Shown here one piece after another: positions 1-14,022 of a stretch of DNA of 64,000 nucleotides (position 1 is its first letter; every line of letters starts with the position of its first letter). The notes under the pieces are model-generated. The model did no database searches. It was not told the DNA's origin and saw nothing but the letters and a program-made list of their open reading frames with translations. The translations under genes and the position numbers were made by a program. This DNA is from Acidimicrobiales bacterium. Lineage in GTDB: Bacteria; Actinomycetota; Acidimicrobiia; Acidimicrobiales; Bog-793. The stretch covers positions 32,967 through 96,966 of the forward strand of contig JBEKYM010000003.1 of NCBI GenBank assembly GCA_049510975.1. The letters are read 5' to 3'.

Positions 1-3000
1 ATACCCATGAGCTCCGGGCGGCCCTCGGCGGGACGCTGCGACGCCTGCACGAGCTCGCGGTTGACTGCCGCGTAGCGCTGCGAGTCGACCCGCTCGCCAG
101 GCAGGAAGGGAGCGTCGCCGGGCTCGGCGACGAGGACCCTCCGCAGCATCTGGCGGACGATGAGCTCGATGTGCTTGTCGTGGATCGCCACACCCTGGTC
201 GCGGTACACCTTCTGCACCTCTTCGACGAGGTACTGCTGGGTCTCGCGGATGCCCTTGATCTCGAGGAGCTCCTTCGGGTCCTTCGGGCCTTCCACGAGG
301 GCGTCGCCCGGGTGGACTTCCTGGCCGTCGGTGACTTCGAGGTGAGCGCGGGGAGACAGCGTGACGACTTGCTCGTCGCCGTTCTCGGCCACGACGGTGA
401 CCCGCCGGCCCGTCTCGTCCTCGTCGATGCGCACGACGCCGGGCTCGCGCACGAGCACGGCGGCACCTTTCGGTGTGCGTGCCTCGAACAGCTCGACGAC
501 ACGGGGGAGGCCGTGGGTGATGTCCTCACCGACGACTCCACCGGTGTGGAACGTACGCATCGTGAGCTGAGTGCCCGGCTCACCGATCGACTGGGCGGCG
601 ATGACGCCGACCGCCTCGCCGAGCTCGATCTCCCGGCCCGTTGCGAGTGACTGCCCGTAGCAGAGGGCACAGACGCCCTGGGGAGCCTCGCAAGTGAGCA
701 CCGAACGCGTCCGCACTCGGTCGACCACGGGGTCGGCTGCGAGCTCGACCAGCTCGAGGTCGCGCAAGGTGAGGCCGACCGGAAGCGTGCGCCCGTTGGC
801 GAGCGAGACCGGCTCCACGAGGACACGGCCGAACAGGCGCGTCTCCAGGTAGCTGCGCTTTCCCGCCTGGTCCGGGACGACGTCCTCGATCCAGATGCCG
901 CGGACGCTGCCGCAGTCCTCGATGCGGACGATGAGCTCCTGGGCGACGTCGACGAGACGCCGGGTCAGGTAGCCGGAGTCGGCCGTACGAAGTGCGGTGT
1001 CCGCGAGGCCCTTGCGGGCGCCGTGGGTCGAGATGAAGTACTCGAGCACCGAGAGGCCCTCACGGAACGACGACTTGATCGGCCTCGGGATCATCTCACC
1101 ACGTGGGTTCGAGACGAGGCCCTTCATGCCGGCGATCTGCCGAACCTGCTGCGGGTTACCACGGGCACCCGAGTCCACCATCATGTCGAGGGGGTTGAAG
1201 GCGATCGTGGCGAGCGTGCGCTCCATGGCGCGCCCCACCTCGGAGTTGGCCGAGGTCCAGATCTCGATCTCCTTCTGGCGCCGTTCGTCGTCGGTGATGA
1301 TGCCGCGCTTGAACTGGGTTTCGGCCTTCTCGGCTTCTTTCTCGTACCGGTCGAGGATGGCCTGCTTGTCCGGAGGCGTCTTCACGTCGTCGATGGAGAT
1401 CGTGAGGCCCGACCGGGTGGCGAACTTGAAGCCCAAGTCCTTGATGCGGTCGAGGCTCTCGGCCACCGCCGACTTCGGGTAGTGGGCAGCGATTTGCTCG
1501 ACGATCGTGGCGATGGGCGTCGCCCGCCGCCCGACGACGTCGTTCACGTACCCGAAACCCGGCGGCAGGGCGGCATTGAAGAACATGCGCCCGGCGGTCG
1601 TTTCGATTTCGGTGATGTCGTCGGCCGGTGCCTCCGCTGCGTGCGCACCCTTCTCCCCGTGGCGGGCACCCCGCATCGGGAAGCAGAACCCGTTCGGCCC
1701 CTTGCGGAGCTTGATGGGAGCGTGCAGGTGGACGTCGCCGGTCTCGTAGGCCTGCTCGACCTCGTAGAGGTTGCGGAACACGAGCCCGGCACCCTTGGCG
1801 TCGGCCTCGACGAGCGTGAGGTAGTACGCCCCGAACACCATGTCCTGAGACGGGACCGTGACCGGGCGCCCCGTGGCCGGCGAGAGGATGTTGTTGGCCG
1901 AGAGCATCAAGATGCGAGCCTCCGCCTGAGCCTCCGCCGACAGCGGGAGGTGCACCGCCATCTGGTCACCGTCGAAGTCGGCGTTGAAGGCCGCACACAC
2001 GAGCGGGTGGATCTGGATGGCCTTGCCTTCGACGAGCAGCGGCTCGAAGGCCTGGATGCCGAGGCGGTGGAGCGTCGGGGCCCGGTTCAGGAACACGGGG
2101 TGCTCCTTGATGACCTCGTCGAGCACGTCCCAGACCTGGGTGCGCCGGCGCTCGACCATCCGCTTGGCGGACTTGATGTTCTGGGCGATCTCGGTGTCGA
2201 CGAGCCGCTTCATGACGAAGGGCTTGAAGAGCTCGAGGGCCATCAGCTTCGGCAGGCCGCACTGGTGCAGCTTGAGGGTCGGGCCGACGACGATGACCGA
2301 ACGGCCGGAGTAGTCGACGCGCTTGCCGAGCAAGTTCTGGCGGAAACGCCCCTGCTTGCCCTTCAACATGTCCGAGAGGCTCTTGAGCGGCCGGTTGCCC
2401 GGTCCGGTGACCGGGCGCCCGCGGCGGCCGTTGTCGAACAGCGCGTCGACGGCCTCCTGCAGCATCCGCTTCTCGTTGTTGATGATGATCTCGGGGGCGC
2501 CGAGGTCGAGGAGCCGCTTCAGCCGGTTGTTGCGGTTGATCACGCGGCGGTACAGGTCGTTCAAGTCACTCGTGGCAAAACGCCCACCATCGAGCTGCAC
2601 CATCGGCCGCAAGTCCGGCGGGATCACCGGCACGGCGCCGAGGATCATGGCGCGGGGGTCGTTCGCCCGCCGGCCGTTCTCGTCGCGGCGGTTGAAGGCC
2701 GAGACGATCTTCAGCCGCTTGATGGCCTTCTGCTTGCGCTGGGCCGAGAGCGGCCGGTGACCTTCGACCGGGTCGATGGCCTCGCGGAGCTTGACCTCTT
2801 CCTCGTCGAGGTCGAGGCGCTCGATGAGCTGCGAGATCGCCTCGGCACCCATGCCCCCCTCGAAGTAGGCGGCGTACCGGCTCTTCAGCTCGCGCCAGAC
2901 GAGCTCGTCCTCGATGATCTTGCGGGCATGCAGGTCGCCGAGCTCGGTGAAGGCCTTGCGCGCCACGGCCACGTCCTGGTCGGCGCGCTCGCGCACACCG

Positions 3001-3638
3001 GTGACGTCCTTCTCGACGGCACGCTGGCGAGCACGAAGCTCGGACTCCTTGGCCCCGCCGGCTTCCAGCTCGGCGAGCTCCTTCTCGAGCTCGGAGAGGC
3101 GACGCTCGGCTTCGAGGTCGCGGGCGCGCTCGATCTCGGTGATCTCGATCTGCAGCTCGGCTTCGAGGCTCGGCAGGTCGGCGTGACGCTTCTCCTCGTC
3201 GACTTTCGTGACGAGGTAGGCGGCGAAATAGATGACCTTCTCGAGTTGCTTGGCCTTCAGCTCCTCACGGGCTTCGGTGCCCATGAGCAGGTAAGCCAGC
3301 CACGACCGGGTCCCGCGCAGGTACCAGATGTGGACGACGGGGGCCGCCAGCTCGATGTGGCCCATCCGCTCACGTCGGACCTTCGAGCGCGTGACCTCGA
3401 CACCGCAGCGCTCGCAGATGATGCCGCGGAAACGGACCCGCTTGTACTTGCCGCAGTAGCACTCCCAGTCCTTCGTCGGACCGAAGATCTTCTCGCAGAA
3501 GAGCCCGTCCTTTTCCGGACGCAGCGTGCGGTAGTTGATGGTCTCCGGCTTGCGGACCTCGCCGTGCGACCAGTTACGAATGTCGTCGGCGGTGGCCAGC
3601 CCGATACGGAGCTGATCGAAGTCGTTGACGTCGAGCAC
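1..3638 (-). CDS. rpoC: DNA-directed RNA polymerase subunit beta' (3' end cut by window edge)
   Basis: Absent from the ORF track because there is no stop in the window. Hand translation of the minus strand from GTG 3638 gives [53 protein letters not shown]..., the canonical RpoC N-terminus. It starts 1 nt after the rpoB stop (TAA 3642..3640). Confidence 0.93.
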   Translation of the reverse strand, partial: MLDVNDFDQLRIGLATADDIRNWSHGEVRKPETINYRTLRPEKDGLFCEKIFGPTKDWECYCGKYKRVRFRGIICERCGVEVTRSKVRRERMGHIELAAPVVHIWYLRGTRSWLAYLLMGTEAREELKAKQLEKVIYFAAYLVTKVDEEKRHADLPSLEAELQIEITEIERARDLEAERRLSELEKELAELEAGGAKESELRARQRAVEKDVTGVRERADQDVAVARKAFTELGDLHARKIIEDELVWRELKSRYAAYFEGGMGAEAISQLIERLDLDEEEVKLREAIDPVEGHRPLSAQRKQKAIKRLKIVSAFNRRDENGRRANDPRAMILGAVPVIPPDLRPMVQLDGGRFATSDLNDLYRRVINRNNRLKRLLDLGAPEIIINNEKRMLQEAVDALFDNGRRGRPVTGPGNRPLKSLSDMLKGKQGRFRQNLLGKRVDYSGRSVIVVGPTLKLHQCGLPKLMALELFKPFVMKRLVDTEIAQNIKSAKRMVERRRTQVWDVLDEVIKEHPVFLNRAPTLHRLGIQAFEPLLVEGKAIQIHPLVCAAFNADFDGDQMAVHLPLSAEAQAEARILMLSANNILSPATGRPVTVPSQDMVFGAYYLTLVEADAKGAGLVFRNLYEVEQAYETGDVHLHAPIKLRKGPNGFCFPMRGARHGEKGAHAAEAPADDITEIETTAGRMFFNAALPPGFGYVNDVVGRRATPIATIVEQIAAHYPKSAVAESLDRIKDLGFKFATRSGLTISIDDVKTPPDKQAILDRYEKEAEKAETQFKRGIITDDERRQKEIEIWTSANSEVGRAMERTLATIAFNPLDMMVDSGARGNPQQVRQIAGMKGLVSNPRGEMIPRPIKSSFREGLSVLEYFISTHGARKGLADTALRTADSGYLTRRLVDVAQELIVRIEDCGSVRGIWIEDVVPDQAGKRSYLETRLFGRVLVEPVSLANGRTLPVGLTLRDLELVELAADPVVDRVRTRSVLTCEAPQGVCALCYGQSLATGREIELGEAVGVIAAQSIGEPGTQLTMRTFHTGGVVGEDITHGLPRVVELFEARTPKGAAVLVREPGVVRIDEDETGRRVTVVAENGDEQVVTLSPRAHLEVTDGQEVHPGDALVEGPKDPKELLEIKGIRETQQYLVEEVQKVYRDQGVAIHDKHIELIVRQMLRRVLVAEPGDAPFLPGERVDSQRYAAVNRELVQASQRPAEGRPELMG

Positions 3639-3639
3639 C

Positions 3640-7218
<3,579 letters not shown>

Positions 7219-7334
7219 GGCGCTACTCCTCGCGAGAACGAGACGGCCGGGAACTCGGGACGGGCCGTGTCCGGGCGCGCGTCAAAGTGGGCAGGAGATT
7301 GCAATCAGGCGCGGTGAGGGCACGGCAACAGGAC

Positions 7335-7416
7335 AGCATACTCGCGCGAGGACGCGCGAGCAACACCCGGGCAGCATGCCCCGGGAGAGGGTACGGGAAG
7401 TGCACCGATTCGTCAA
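7335..7416 (-). promoter_or_regulatory. Two candidate sigma-70-type promoters upstream of rpoB
   Basis: On the minus strand: TTGACG (7416..7411) -17 nt- TACCCT (7393..7388), and TTGCTC (7363..7358) -17 nt- TATGCT (7340..7335). The second spacer contains the 8-bp inverted repeat CTCGCGCG/CGCGCGAG. Motif match only. Confidence 0.3.
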
Positions 7417-7612
7417 GGAACTTTCCCTGACGAGGTTGCGCCGACGTTCTGGATGGTTGGTGGGGACCTCTGTGTGTCCCGCCCGACCATCCAGAAGCAA
7501 CCGGGGGTGCACTTCTCCACCCAAGTCCCCCGCCAGCGCCGGCGCCGGTCCACTTCTGGGTGCATGAAAGGGACAAATACGTCCCCAACGTGCACCCAGA
7601 AACGACCGATCT

Positions 7613-7646
7613 GCGGCGCTGGGCGGCAGCTGTGAGCCGGCGCCGC
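7613..7646 (-). terminator. Possible attenuator/terminator hairpin between rplL and rpoB
   Basis: GCGGCGC (7646..7640 on the minus strand) pairs with GCGCCGC (7619..7613), 7 nt after the rplL stop. It is followed by a weakly U-containing stretch (…GUCGUUUCUGGG). The partial rplL-rpoB attenuator is a known theme in other bacteria. Confidence 0.3.
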
Positions 7647-7652
7647 TTCGCG

Positions 7653-8039
7653 TTACTTGAGCTCGACGCTGGCGCCGGCTGTCTCCAGCTGGGCCTTCGC
7701 CTTCTCGGCGTCTTCCTTCGTGACCTTCTCGAGCACGGGCTTCGGAGCGCCGTCGACCAGGTCCTTCGCCTCCTTGAGGCCGAGGTTCGTGAGCGCACGC
7801 ACCTCTTTGATGACCTGGATCTTCTTGTCGCCGGCAGCGGTGAGGATGACGTCGAACTCGTCCTGCTCCTCTTCTGCCGGGGCAGCCTCGGCTGCGCCGC
7901 CGCCGCTCGGGGCGGCCACGGCGACCGGGGCGGCGGCCGTGACGCCGAAGCGCTCCTCGAACTCCTTCAGGAGCTCACTGAGCTCGAGAACCGTCATGCT
8001 CGAGATGCCGTCGAGGATCTCTTCCTTGGTTGCCATCAT
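7653..8039 (-). CDS. rplL: 50S ribosomal protein L7/L12
   Basis: 128 aa. [32 protein letters not shown]…[42 protein letters not shown]. Confidence 0.96.
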   Translation of the reverse strand: MMATKEEILDGISSMTVLELSELLKEFEERFGVTAAAPVAVAAPSGGGAAEAAPAEEEQDEFDVILTAAGDKKIQVIKEVRALTNLGLKEAKDLVDGAPKPVLEKVTKEDAEKAKAQLETAGASVELK

Positions 8040-8077
8040 TGCTCCCTGTCGTTGCTACTCGTGGTTGGTTGTGCGAA

Positions 8078-9145
8078 CTATTCGGTGGGTGACTCGTCGG
8101 TGGGCACAGCGGCTTCGGTGACCTCGGGGGACGAAACCCTCCCCTCGCTCACCGCAGCCTCTGCGCCGGCGCTCTCGTCGGCCGCGGCCTCCGCCTCGGG
8201 CTCGGCTGATGCCTCGGGCTCTGGCTCTGCTGCTGCCTCCGGCTCTGCTGCGGCCTCGGGCTCGGGCTCCGTGGCTGCCTCGGGCTCTGGCTCCAGCTCG
8301 GACTCTGGCTCGGGCTCTGCTGCTGCCTCGGGCTCGGGCTCTGGCTCCGGCTCCGCCTCGGGCTCCGCTGATGCCTCGGGCTCTGCTGCTGCGGCGACCT
8401 CAGGCTCGGCCTCCGCTGCCACCTCGGGCTGTTCTGCCGCTGCCTCGGGCTCGGGCGCTGCTGCGGCCTCGGGCTCGGCCGCAACCGGTGCGGCGCCGTC
8501 GCCGGCGCTGGTGTCGTCGCCGGCGGAGGTTGCTCCGCCGGAGGCGGCGCCAGTGTCGGCCCCGCCAGCAGTGTCGCCAGCCGAGTCAGCAGAAGCAGCA
8601 GGAGCAGGCAACGCCTCTCCCCCCGCCACCCGCTGGTCGATGAGTGCGGAGATGCCGTAGGCAAGGCTCTGGGGCAGCGCCTTCAGCAGCCCGGCGAACT
8701 GCCGCATCGGGGCGGCGAGGGCGCCGGCGATCTGGGCCAACAACACTTCGCGGGACGGCAGGTCGGCGAGGGCGTTCGTGGTGCGAGCGTCGAGGACGCC
8801 GGTACCGACGAAACTTCCCTTCACGACCAGCGCCGGATGCGTCTTGGCGAACTCGCGAAGGATCTTTGCGGCCGCCGCCACGTCCTTGTCCACAAAGGCG
8901 ATGGCCGTCGGGCCCTCGAGCATCGTGTCCATGGCAGCGTGTGCCGTGTCCGCCGTGGCACGCCGGACGAGGGTGTTCTTGTAGATCTTGTACTCGGTCC
9001 CTGCACCCCGGAGCGCCCGCCTCAAGGTGGCGAGATCGCCAACCTTCAGCCCGCGGTACTCGGTGAGGATGGCGGCGTCTGACTGATCGAGGTGGTCTCG
9101 AACCTCCTCGACCACAGCGACTTTCTCGGCTCTTGGCCCAGCCAC
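8078..9145 (-). CDS. rplJ: 50S ribosomal protein L10 with a long acidic low-complexity C-terminal extension
   Basis: L10 core (…[22 protein letters not shown]…[12 protein letters not shown]…). The longest ORF starts at TTG 9172. I prefer GTG 9145, which is preceded by GAAGGGAG with a 5-nt spacer. Confidence 0.9.
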   Translation of the reverse strand: MAGPRAEKVAVVEEVRDHLDQSDAAILTEYRGLKVGDLATLRRALRGAGTEYKIYKNTLVRRATADTAHAAMDTMLEGPTAIAFVDKDVAAAAKILREFAKTHPALVVKGSFVGTGVLDARTTNALADLPSREVLLAQIAGALAAPMRQFAGLLKALPQSLAYGISALIDQRVAGGEALPAPAASADSAGDTAGGADTGAASGGATSAGDDTSAGDGAAPVAAEPEAAAAPEPEAAAEQPEVAAEAEPEVAAAAEPEASAEPEAEPEPEPEPEAAAEPEPESELEPEPEAATEPEPEAAAEPEAAAEPEPEASAEPEAEAAADESAGAEAAVSEGRVSSPEVTEAAVPTDESPTE

Positions 9146-9496
9146 CTGTGCTCCCTTCGTTCGTCTCGGCAACTACAGCGATCGTGTGACCCGGTCGGAG
9201 ACCCTGGTGCGCGCGGCGCGGACGAACGGAAGCCTTGTTTCAGACTTCGCCTCGTCAGGCGGGCTTTCGCCCATTCTGCACACACGGTGCACCGGAGGTC
9301 TTCGGCGACTGATGAGTCGGTTGTGGCGGAGATGTTAGCCGACGGGCCATCACCCCACGTCCGCCGCCGGCGCTCGCCCGGCATCGTGGCGAGTCGTGCC
9401 GGTCACGTGTGCGGCGTCGCGACTTGCCAACTTGCTGAGGGCAGACCGTGACGGCAGCCAGACCAGCCCAGTAGCTCAGCGCCAGCGAGCACCCGC

Positions 9497-10219
9497 TCAA
9501 GCCGAGGCGGCCATCTCCTCGTCGGTGATGCGTGCCTTCAGCGTGTCGATGTGGACCCCCGGCCCCTGCGTCGGGGACAGCGTGATCGATCGCAGGTAAC
9601 GGCCCTTGGCGGCCGCCGGCTTCACACGCAGCAGCTCGTCGATGACGGCTCGGTAGTTGGCGATCAGGTCCTCGCGCTCGAACGACGCCTTGCCGATGGG
9701 GACGTGGACATTGCCGACGCGGTCGGTCCGGTACTCCACCCGACCCCCTCGAAACTCCGTCACTGCCCGAGCCACATCAGTCGTGACCGTGCCCGTCTTC
9801 GGGTTCGGCATCAGGCCACGGGGACCGAGCACCCGGCCGAGGCGACCCACCTGGGCCATCATGTCCGGCGTGGCGATGGCCACGTCGAAGTCGAGGAAAC
9901 CCTCTTTCTCGATGCGAGCAACGAGGTCGTCGGCACCGACCACGTCGGCGCCTGCTGCCCGAGCTTCGGCGGCGGGCTCGCCGGCTGCGAAGACCGCTAC
10001 GCGCTTGGTCTTGCCGGTCCCGGCCGGCAGCGCCAGCGAGCCGCGCACGATCTGGTCGGCCCGTCGAGGGTCGACGCCGAGACGGACGGCCATCTCGATC
10101 GTTTCGTCGAATTTCGCCGATGCGACGCTCTTGACGAGGTCGATGGCTTCCAGCGGCGTGTACAGCCTGGTGCGGTCGATCCGCTTCATCAGGTCGTCGT
10201 AGCGCTTTCCTGTCGTCAC
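9497..10219 (-). CDS. rplA: 50S ribosomal protein L1
   Basis: 240 aa. …[52 protein letters not shown]… is typical L1. Follows rplK. Confidence 0.96.
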   Translation of the reverse strand: MTTGKRYDDLMKRIDRTRLYTPLEAIDLVKSVASAKFDETIEMAVRLGVDPRRADQIVRGSLALPAGTGKTKRVAVFAAGEPAAEARAAGADVVGADDLVARIEKEGFLDFDVAIATPDMMAQVGRLGRVLGPRGLMPNPKTGTVTTDVARAVTEFRGGRVEYRTDRVGNVHVPIGKASFEREDLIANYRAVIDELLRVKPAAAKGRYLRSITLSPTQGPGVHIDTLKARITDEEMAASA

Positions 10220-10254
10220 TTCGGATCCCTTTCGGTGCTCATTGGTCTGCGCTC

Positions 10255-10680
10255 TCAGCCGACCGAGATGCCCATCGACCGCGCCGTGCCGGCCACCTGC
10301 CGCTTGGCGGCCTCGAGGTCGTTGGCGTTGAGGTCCGGCATCTTCTTCTCTGCGATTTCGGTGAGCTGGGCGTCGCTGACCGAGCCGACGATCTCCCGAC
10401 CGATGAGCTTGGCGCCCTTCTCGACACCGGCGGCCTCTCGCAACAGCACCGTGGTGGGCGGGGTCTTGAGGATGAACGTGAACGTCCGGTCCTCGTAGAT
10501 CGTGATCTCGACGGGGATGATCGTGCCGCGCTGGTTCTCGGTGGCGGCGTTGTACTGCTTGCAGAACTCCATGGTCTGCACGCCGTGCGGCCCGAGGGCC
10601 GTACCGACGGGAGGCGCGGGGGTAGCTGCCCCTGCGGGCAGCTGGATCTTGACGATTGCGGTTACACGGCGACGTGCCAT
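10255..10680 (-). CDS. rplK: 50S ribosomal protein L11
   Basis: 141 aa. …[38 protein letters not shown]…. Confidence 0.96.
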   Translation of the reverse strand: MARRRVTAIVKIQLPAGAATPAPPVGTALGPHGVQTMEFCKQYNAATENQRGTIIPVEITIYEDRTFTFILKTPPTTVLLREAAGVEKGAKLIGREIVGSVSDAQLTEIAEKKMPDLNANDLEAAKRQVAGTARSMGISVG

Positions 10681-10723
10681 GGTGGTGCGCCTTCTCCTTT
10701 GTGTGCCCGGCTCCGGCTTGCGC

Positions 10724-11719
10724 CTAGAGCTTGGCGACCTGGCTGAACTCGAGCTCGACCGGGGTTTCCCGGCCGAAGATGTTGACGAGGACCTTCAGCT
10801 TCAGCTGGTCCTCGTTGATCTCCGCGATCTGGCCGGAGAAGTCCGCGAAGGGGCCTTCTTTCACCCGGACGGTTTCGCCGACCTCGTGCTCGAGGCGCGG
10901 CTTCTGACGCTTCTGACCCTCGACGCCTTCGGGCCTGACCTGCAGGATCGCTTCCACTTCGGAGCGGGGCAGCGGCGTCGGCTTGGTGCCCGGCCCGACG
11001 AAACTCGTCACGCCCGGCGTCTGGCGGATCACCGACCACGAGTCGTCGTCGAGGTCGCAGCGGCAGAGCAGGTAACCAGGGAAGACCTTCCGCTGGACCG
11101 GCACTCGCTTGCCGTTCTTGACCTCGATGACCTCTTCCATGGGGATGACGACCTCGTAAATGCGGTCTTCCATGTTCATGGACGAGATGCGGCTCTCGAG
11201 GTTCGACTTCACCTTGTTCTCGTAGCCGGCATAGGTATGCACGACGTACCAGCGACCCGGCCGGTCGTACGGGCTCGGTGGCCGCTCGGCCGGCTCGTCA
11301 TCCTCGTCGGAGTCCTCGTCGTCGGCAAAGAGCTCGACGGCTTCGGCTTCGTCCTCGGCTTCGGCTTCAGCTTCAGCTTCGTCCTCGGCTTCGGCTTCGT
11401 TCTCGATCGCTTCGATGGCCTCGACCGCCTCCAGTGCGGCTTCGGCCTCGACGGCCTCCACAGCTTCCTCGACCTCGATGGCCTCGACGATCTCGACGGC
11501 CAGCTCGGCCTCGACCGCCTCCTCGACGACTTCCTCGACTTCGGCTTCTACAGCGGCCTCGACCTCGGCCTCGACCTCGGCTTCGGTCTCGGCCTCGACC
11601 TCGGCTTCGACGGCAACCGAGGTGTCGTCGGCCGCCCCGCCGTCCCCGGATGTGGACGTGTCGGTCAGGTCGTCGTCGGAATCGATGGGCTCGTTACTCA
11701 CAGTTCTCGTCTCGATCAT
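10724..11719 (-). CDS. nusG: Transcription termination/antitermination factor NusG with a ~155-aa acidic N-terminal extension
   Basis: NGN and KOW domains (…[22 protein letters not shown]…[43 protein letters not shown]). The start is set to ATG 11719 (MIETRT…), which overlaps the secE stop as ATGA. The track ORF extends to 11800 inside secE. Confidence 0.9.
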   Translation of the reverse strand: MIETRTVSNEPIDSDDDLTDTSTSGDGGAADDTSVAVEAEVEAETEAEVEAEVEAAVEAEVEEVVEEAVEAELAVEIVEAIEVEEAVEAVEAEAALEAVEAIEAIENEAEAEDEAEAEAEAEDEAEAVELFADDEDSDEDDEPAERPPSPYDRPGRWYVVHTYAGYENKVKSNLESRISSMNMEDRIYEVVIPMEEVIEVKNGKRVPVQRKVFPGYLLCRCDLDDDSWSVIRQTPGVTSFVGPGTKPTPLPRSEVEAILQVRPEGVEGQKRQKPRLEHEVGETVRVKEGPFADFSGQIAEINEDQLKLKVLVNIFGRETPVELEFSQVAKL

Positions 11720-11943
11720 TTGCCGAACAGGACTAGCACAGCCTTCGCGAACGACGCGTCCAGCCCGAAGACGACGGCCGTGAGCAGCACAACGGTGCAC
11801 AACACGACGGTCGTGTACTTGATGACCTCGGCCCGCCCTGGCCAGGCGACTTTCACGAGCTCGACGCGAACCTGGCGCAGGAACTCGGCCGCCCGGAGCG
11901 GCACGCCGGGCGCACGGCTCGCGGGAGAAACAGCCTCGGTCAC
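11716..11943 (-). CDS. secE: Preprotein translocase subunit SecE, nusG-proximal copy
   Basis: 75 aa, GTG start. C-terminal …[55 protein letters not shown] is the SecE hinge plus TM. Stop overlaps the nusG start. Confidence 0.85.
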   Translation of the reverse strand: MTEAVSPASRAPGVPLRAAEFLRQVRVELVKVAWPGRAEVIKYTTVVLCTVVLLTAVVFGLDASFAKAVLVLFGK

Positions 11944-11965
11944 GTTCTCATCTCGCTCTCTCGCA

Positions 11966-12292
11966 TCACTTGCCGAACAGCACGAGCACAGCCTTGGCGA
12001 ACAAGGCGTCGAGGCCGAAGACGATGCTCGTGAGCAGCACGACCGTGCAGAACACGACGATCGTGTACTTGATGACCTCTGCCCGCCCCGGCCAGGCGAC
12101 TTTCACGAGCTCGATGCGAACCTCGCGCAGGTACTCGGCGAGGCGCTTCGGAAGCGTCGGGCGCTCCGCCTTCTCGGCCGCCGTCACGCGCGCTGCCGCC
12201 GAAGCGGCGCGATCGCGCGAAGGCGCCGCCGGGGCGCCATCGGGCCCGAGCTGTCCTTGCCGCTGTAGCAGACGCTTTGTTTCTCTGTTCAC
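11966..12292 (-). CDS. secE: Preprotein translocase subunit SecE, distal copy with longer N-terminus
   Basis: 108 aa, GTG start with GAGG upstream. C-terminal …[55 protein letters not shown]. Located immediately downstream of tRNA-Trp, the usual secE position. Confidence 0.85.
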   Translation of the reverse strand: MNRETKRLLQRQGQLGPDGAPAAPSRDRAASAAARVTAAEKAERPTLPKRLAEYLREVRIELVKVAWPGRAEVIKYTIVVFCTVVLLTSIVFGLDALFAKAVLVLFGK

Positions 12293-12347
12293 TCACTGAC
12301 CTCGGCTCGATAAGGAGCAGGGCAAAACACTTGACATGCAGGTTGAG

Positions 12348-12420
12348 CAGGGCAGGAGGGACTCGAACCCCCAACCGCCGGTTTTGGAGACCGGTGCTCT
12401 GCCAGTTGAGCTACTGCCCT
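12348..12420 (-). tRNA. tRNA-Trp (anticodon CCA)
   Basis: Hand-folded cloverleaf from the minus strand: AGGGCAG-TA-GCTC-AACTGGCA-GAGC-A-CCGGT-CTCCAAA-ACCGG-CGGTT-GGGGG-TTCGAGT-CCCTC-CTGCCCT-G. CCA tail not encoded. Conserved position upstream of secE. Confidence 0.9.
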
Positions 12421-12938
12421 CAGCGTGGGCGTTCTCGCCCGCCACGGGGCTGAGCACCGAGCATCCCGGGCACCATCACGATAGCACCAGCTCCCGCCGG
12501 CACTACATGGCGGGCATGGGCGCGTGCGAGCGCCACCAAACCCGTCGCAGCGCCGCCGGCTGCCACGACGGCTCCGGCGTAGGCGAGGCTGCGACCCGTG
12601 AGCACCGATCGGATCATCCGCCGCTGGGCGACTGTGCCGACGACGGAGAGCACGTCGGCCACGACGCCAGGCGGTGGCTCGATCTCCGTGGCGGCCAGCT
12701 GGTGAAGCAGCCGCACGAGCCGGCGGTAGCGAGCGAGCTCCGCCTGGCACCGCAGGCAGGTCTCCACGTGCGAGACGAGCGGCGCCGTCGCCGGCAGCCC
12801 CCCGTCGAGGATGCGAGGCAGCTCCGCCACGACTTCGGCGCAACTCACGATCGCCAGGCGGCGACGCGGGCGGGCGATCGAGGCCCAGTTCCGCCCCGTG
12901 GCGACGACGGCGTCGGCCGCCCCGGCCAGCCGGCTCAC
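12420..12938 (-). CDS. Zinc-binding anti-sigma factor (ZAS family), membrane-anchored
   Basis: 172 aa. C-x24-H-x3-C-x2-C signature (…VSCAEV…SHVETCLRCQ…) followed by a hydrophobic segment (AYAGAVVAAGGAATGLVALA). GTG start overlaps the sigma-factor stop as GTGA. Confidence 0.7.
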   Translation of the reverse strand: MSRLAGAADAVVATGRNWASIARPRRRLAIVSCAEVVAELPRILDGGLPATAPLVSHVETCLRCQAELARYRRLVRLLHQLAATEIEPPPGVVADVLSVVGTVAQRRMIRSVLTGRSLAYAGAVVAAGGAATGLVALARAHARHVVPAGAGAIVMVPGMLGAQPRGGRERPR

Positions 12939-13696
12939 GCCGAGTGCTCCCAGGCGGCCGCCGCCGGCTCGTCCACGGCCGGCGGAGGCAGGACGACTGC
13001 CGCTGCCGTGTCACCCTCGTCCGGGGCCGGCTCTCCCGTCTCGGGCCGCCGGCCTGGGAACAGGCGCTCCCGCAGCCGCCGGCGTGCCCGGTGCAGGCGC
13101 ACCTTGGCGGCCGTCTGGCTGATGCCCAGCTCCTTGGCGATGTCGCGATGCGACATGTCGTAGACGTCGCGCAACACGACCACGAGCCGCAGCGGATCGG
13201 GCAGCTCACCCAACGCCGCCACGAGACGCTCACGGTCGTCCGCCGTGCTGGCGGCCGACTCGGGGTTGCCCTCGGCCCCCTGCTCGATCAGCTGGGCGGC
13301 GTCGCCGAAGTCGTCGAGCTGGTCACAGGAGGCCTTCTGGCGGCGGCTGAGCAGCGACATGGCGCAGTTCACCGTGATGCGGTGCAACCACGTCGAGAAA
13401 CCCGCCTCCCCCCGGAACCGCCTCAGCCCCCTGAAGGCTTTCAAATAGGCGTCCTGCATGACATCGCGGGCATCGTGCTCGTTGCCCACGAGGCGCAGGG
13501 CCAGGGCGTAACACGCCGGCGAGGTGATGCGAACGAGCTCCTCGAAGGCGGCTGTGTCGCCAGCACGAGCGCGCTCGACGAGGGCCTCGGTGTGTTCGGC
13601 CGGCGCCGGCCGCCCGCGATCCGGGTGATCGAGGTCGGTCCATGGAGCCTCGACACGCTGCGCGTCGAGGGCTCGGAGGGCGCTCACGGACACCAC
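12935..13696 (-). CDS. ECF (group 4) RNA polymerase sigma factor
   Basis: 253 aa. Region 2 (…DARDVMQDAYLKAFRGLRRFRGEAGFSTWLHRITVNCAMS…) and region 4 (…VVVLRDVYDMSHRDIAKELGISQTAAKVRLHRARRRLRE…). Confidence 0.85.
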   Translation of the reverse strand: MVSVSALRALDAQRVEAPWTDLDHPDRGRPAPAEHTEALVERARAGDTAAFEELVRITSPACYALALRLVGNEHDARDVMQDAYLKAFRGLRRFRGEAGFSTWLHRITVNCAMSLLSRRQKASCDQLDDFGDAAQLIEQGAEGNPESAASTADDRERLVAALGELPDPLRLVVVLRDVYDMSHRDIAKELGISQTAAKVRLHRARRRLRERLFPGRRPETGEPAPDEGDTAAAVVLPPPAVDEPAAAAWEHSA

Positions 13697-13712
13697 CCGC
13701 AGGCGCTGATGC

Positions 13713-13877
13713 TCAGCGAGTCTCTTTGTGGAGGGTGTGCTGCCGCTCCCAGCGGCAGTACTTCTTCATCTCGATCCGCTCCCGGTCGTTCTGCTTGTTC
13801 TTCGTCGTGATGTAGTTGCGCCGCTTGCAGACCTCACAGGCGAGCGTCACCTGCACGCGCTTCTCATTTTTTGCCAT
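13713..13877 (-). CDS. rpmG: 50S ribosomal protein L33
   Basis: Below the ORF-track size cutoff. Hand translation: [54 protein letters not shown] (54 aa). Usual position next to tRNA-Met/tRNA-Thr. Confidence 0.9.
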   Translation of the reverse strand: MAKNEKRVQVTLACEVCKRRNYITTKNKQNDRERIEMKKYCRWERQHTLHKETR

Positions 13878-13923
13878 CTGTCTCGATCCTTCGGTCGCTG
13901 CGCATCGGGAGTACTGCGTGTTG

Positions 13924-13997
13924 TAGCGGCGGCGGGACTCGAACCCGCGACCCCACGATTATGAGCCGTGTGCTCTTACCAGCTGAGCTACGCCGCC
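13924..13997 (-). tRNA. tRNA-Met (elongator, anticodon CAT)
   Basis: Minus strand GGCGGCG-TA-GCTC-AGCTGGTAA-GAGC-A-CACGG-CTCATAA-TCGTG-GGGTC-GCGGG-TTCGAGT-CCCGC-CGCCGCT-A. G1:U72 wobble and no initiator-type features. Confidence 0.88.
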
Positions 13998-14022
13998 CTG
14001 AAGCCCTGGTGAGGCTCGAGGG

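Noticed and set aside
8149-8664. Alternate-frame ORFs inside the L10 tail (Ser/Gly/Ala-rich + frame; Pro/Arg/Gln-rich - frame)
   Set aside because: Repetitive GC-rich DNA is open in several frames. Only the frame continuous with the L10 core is supported.
9146-9496. Structured L10-leader RNA in the 350-nt rplA-rplJ spacer
   Set aside because: The spacer is long enough, and local hairpins exist (for example GGGCGAAAGCCC). I cannot match it to a known leader motif by eye, so it is left unannotated.
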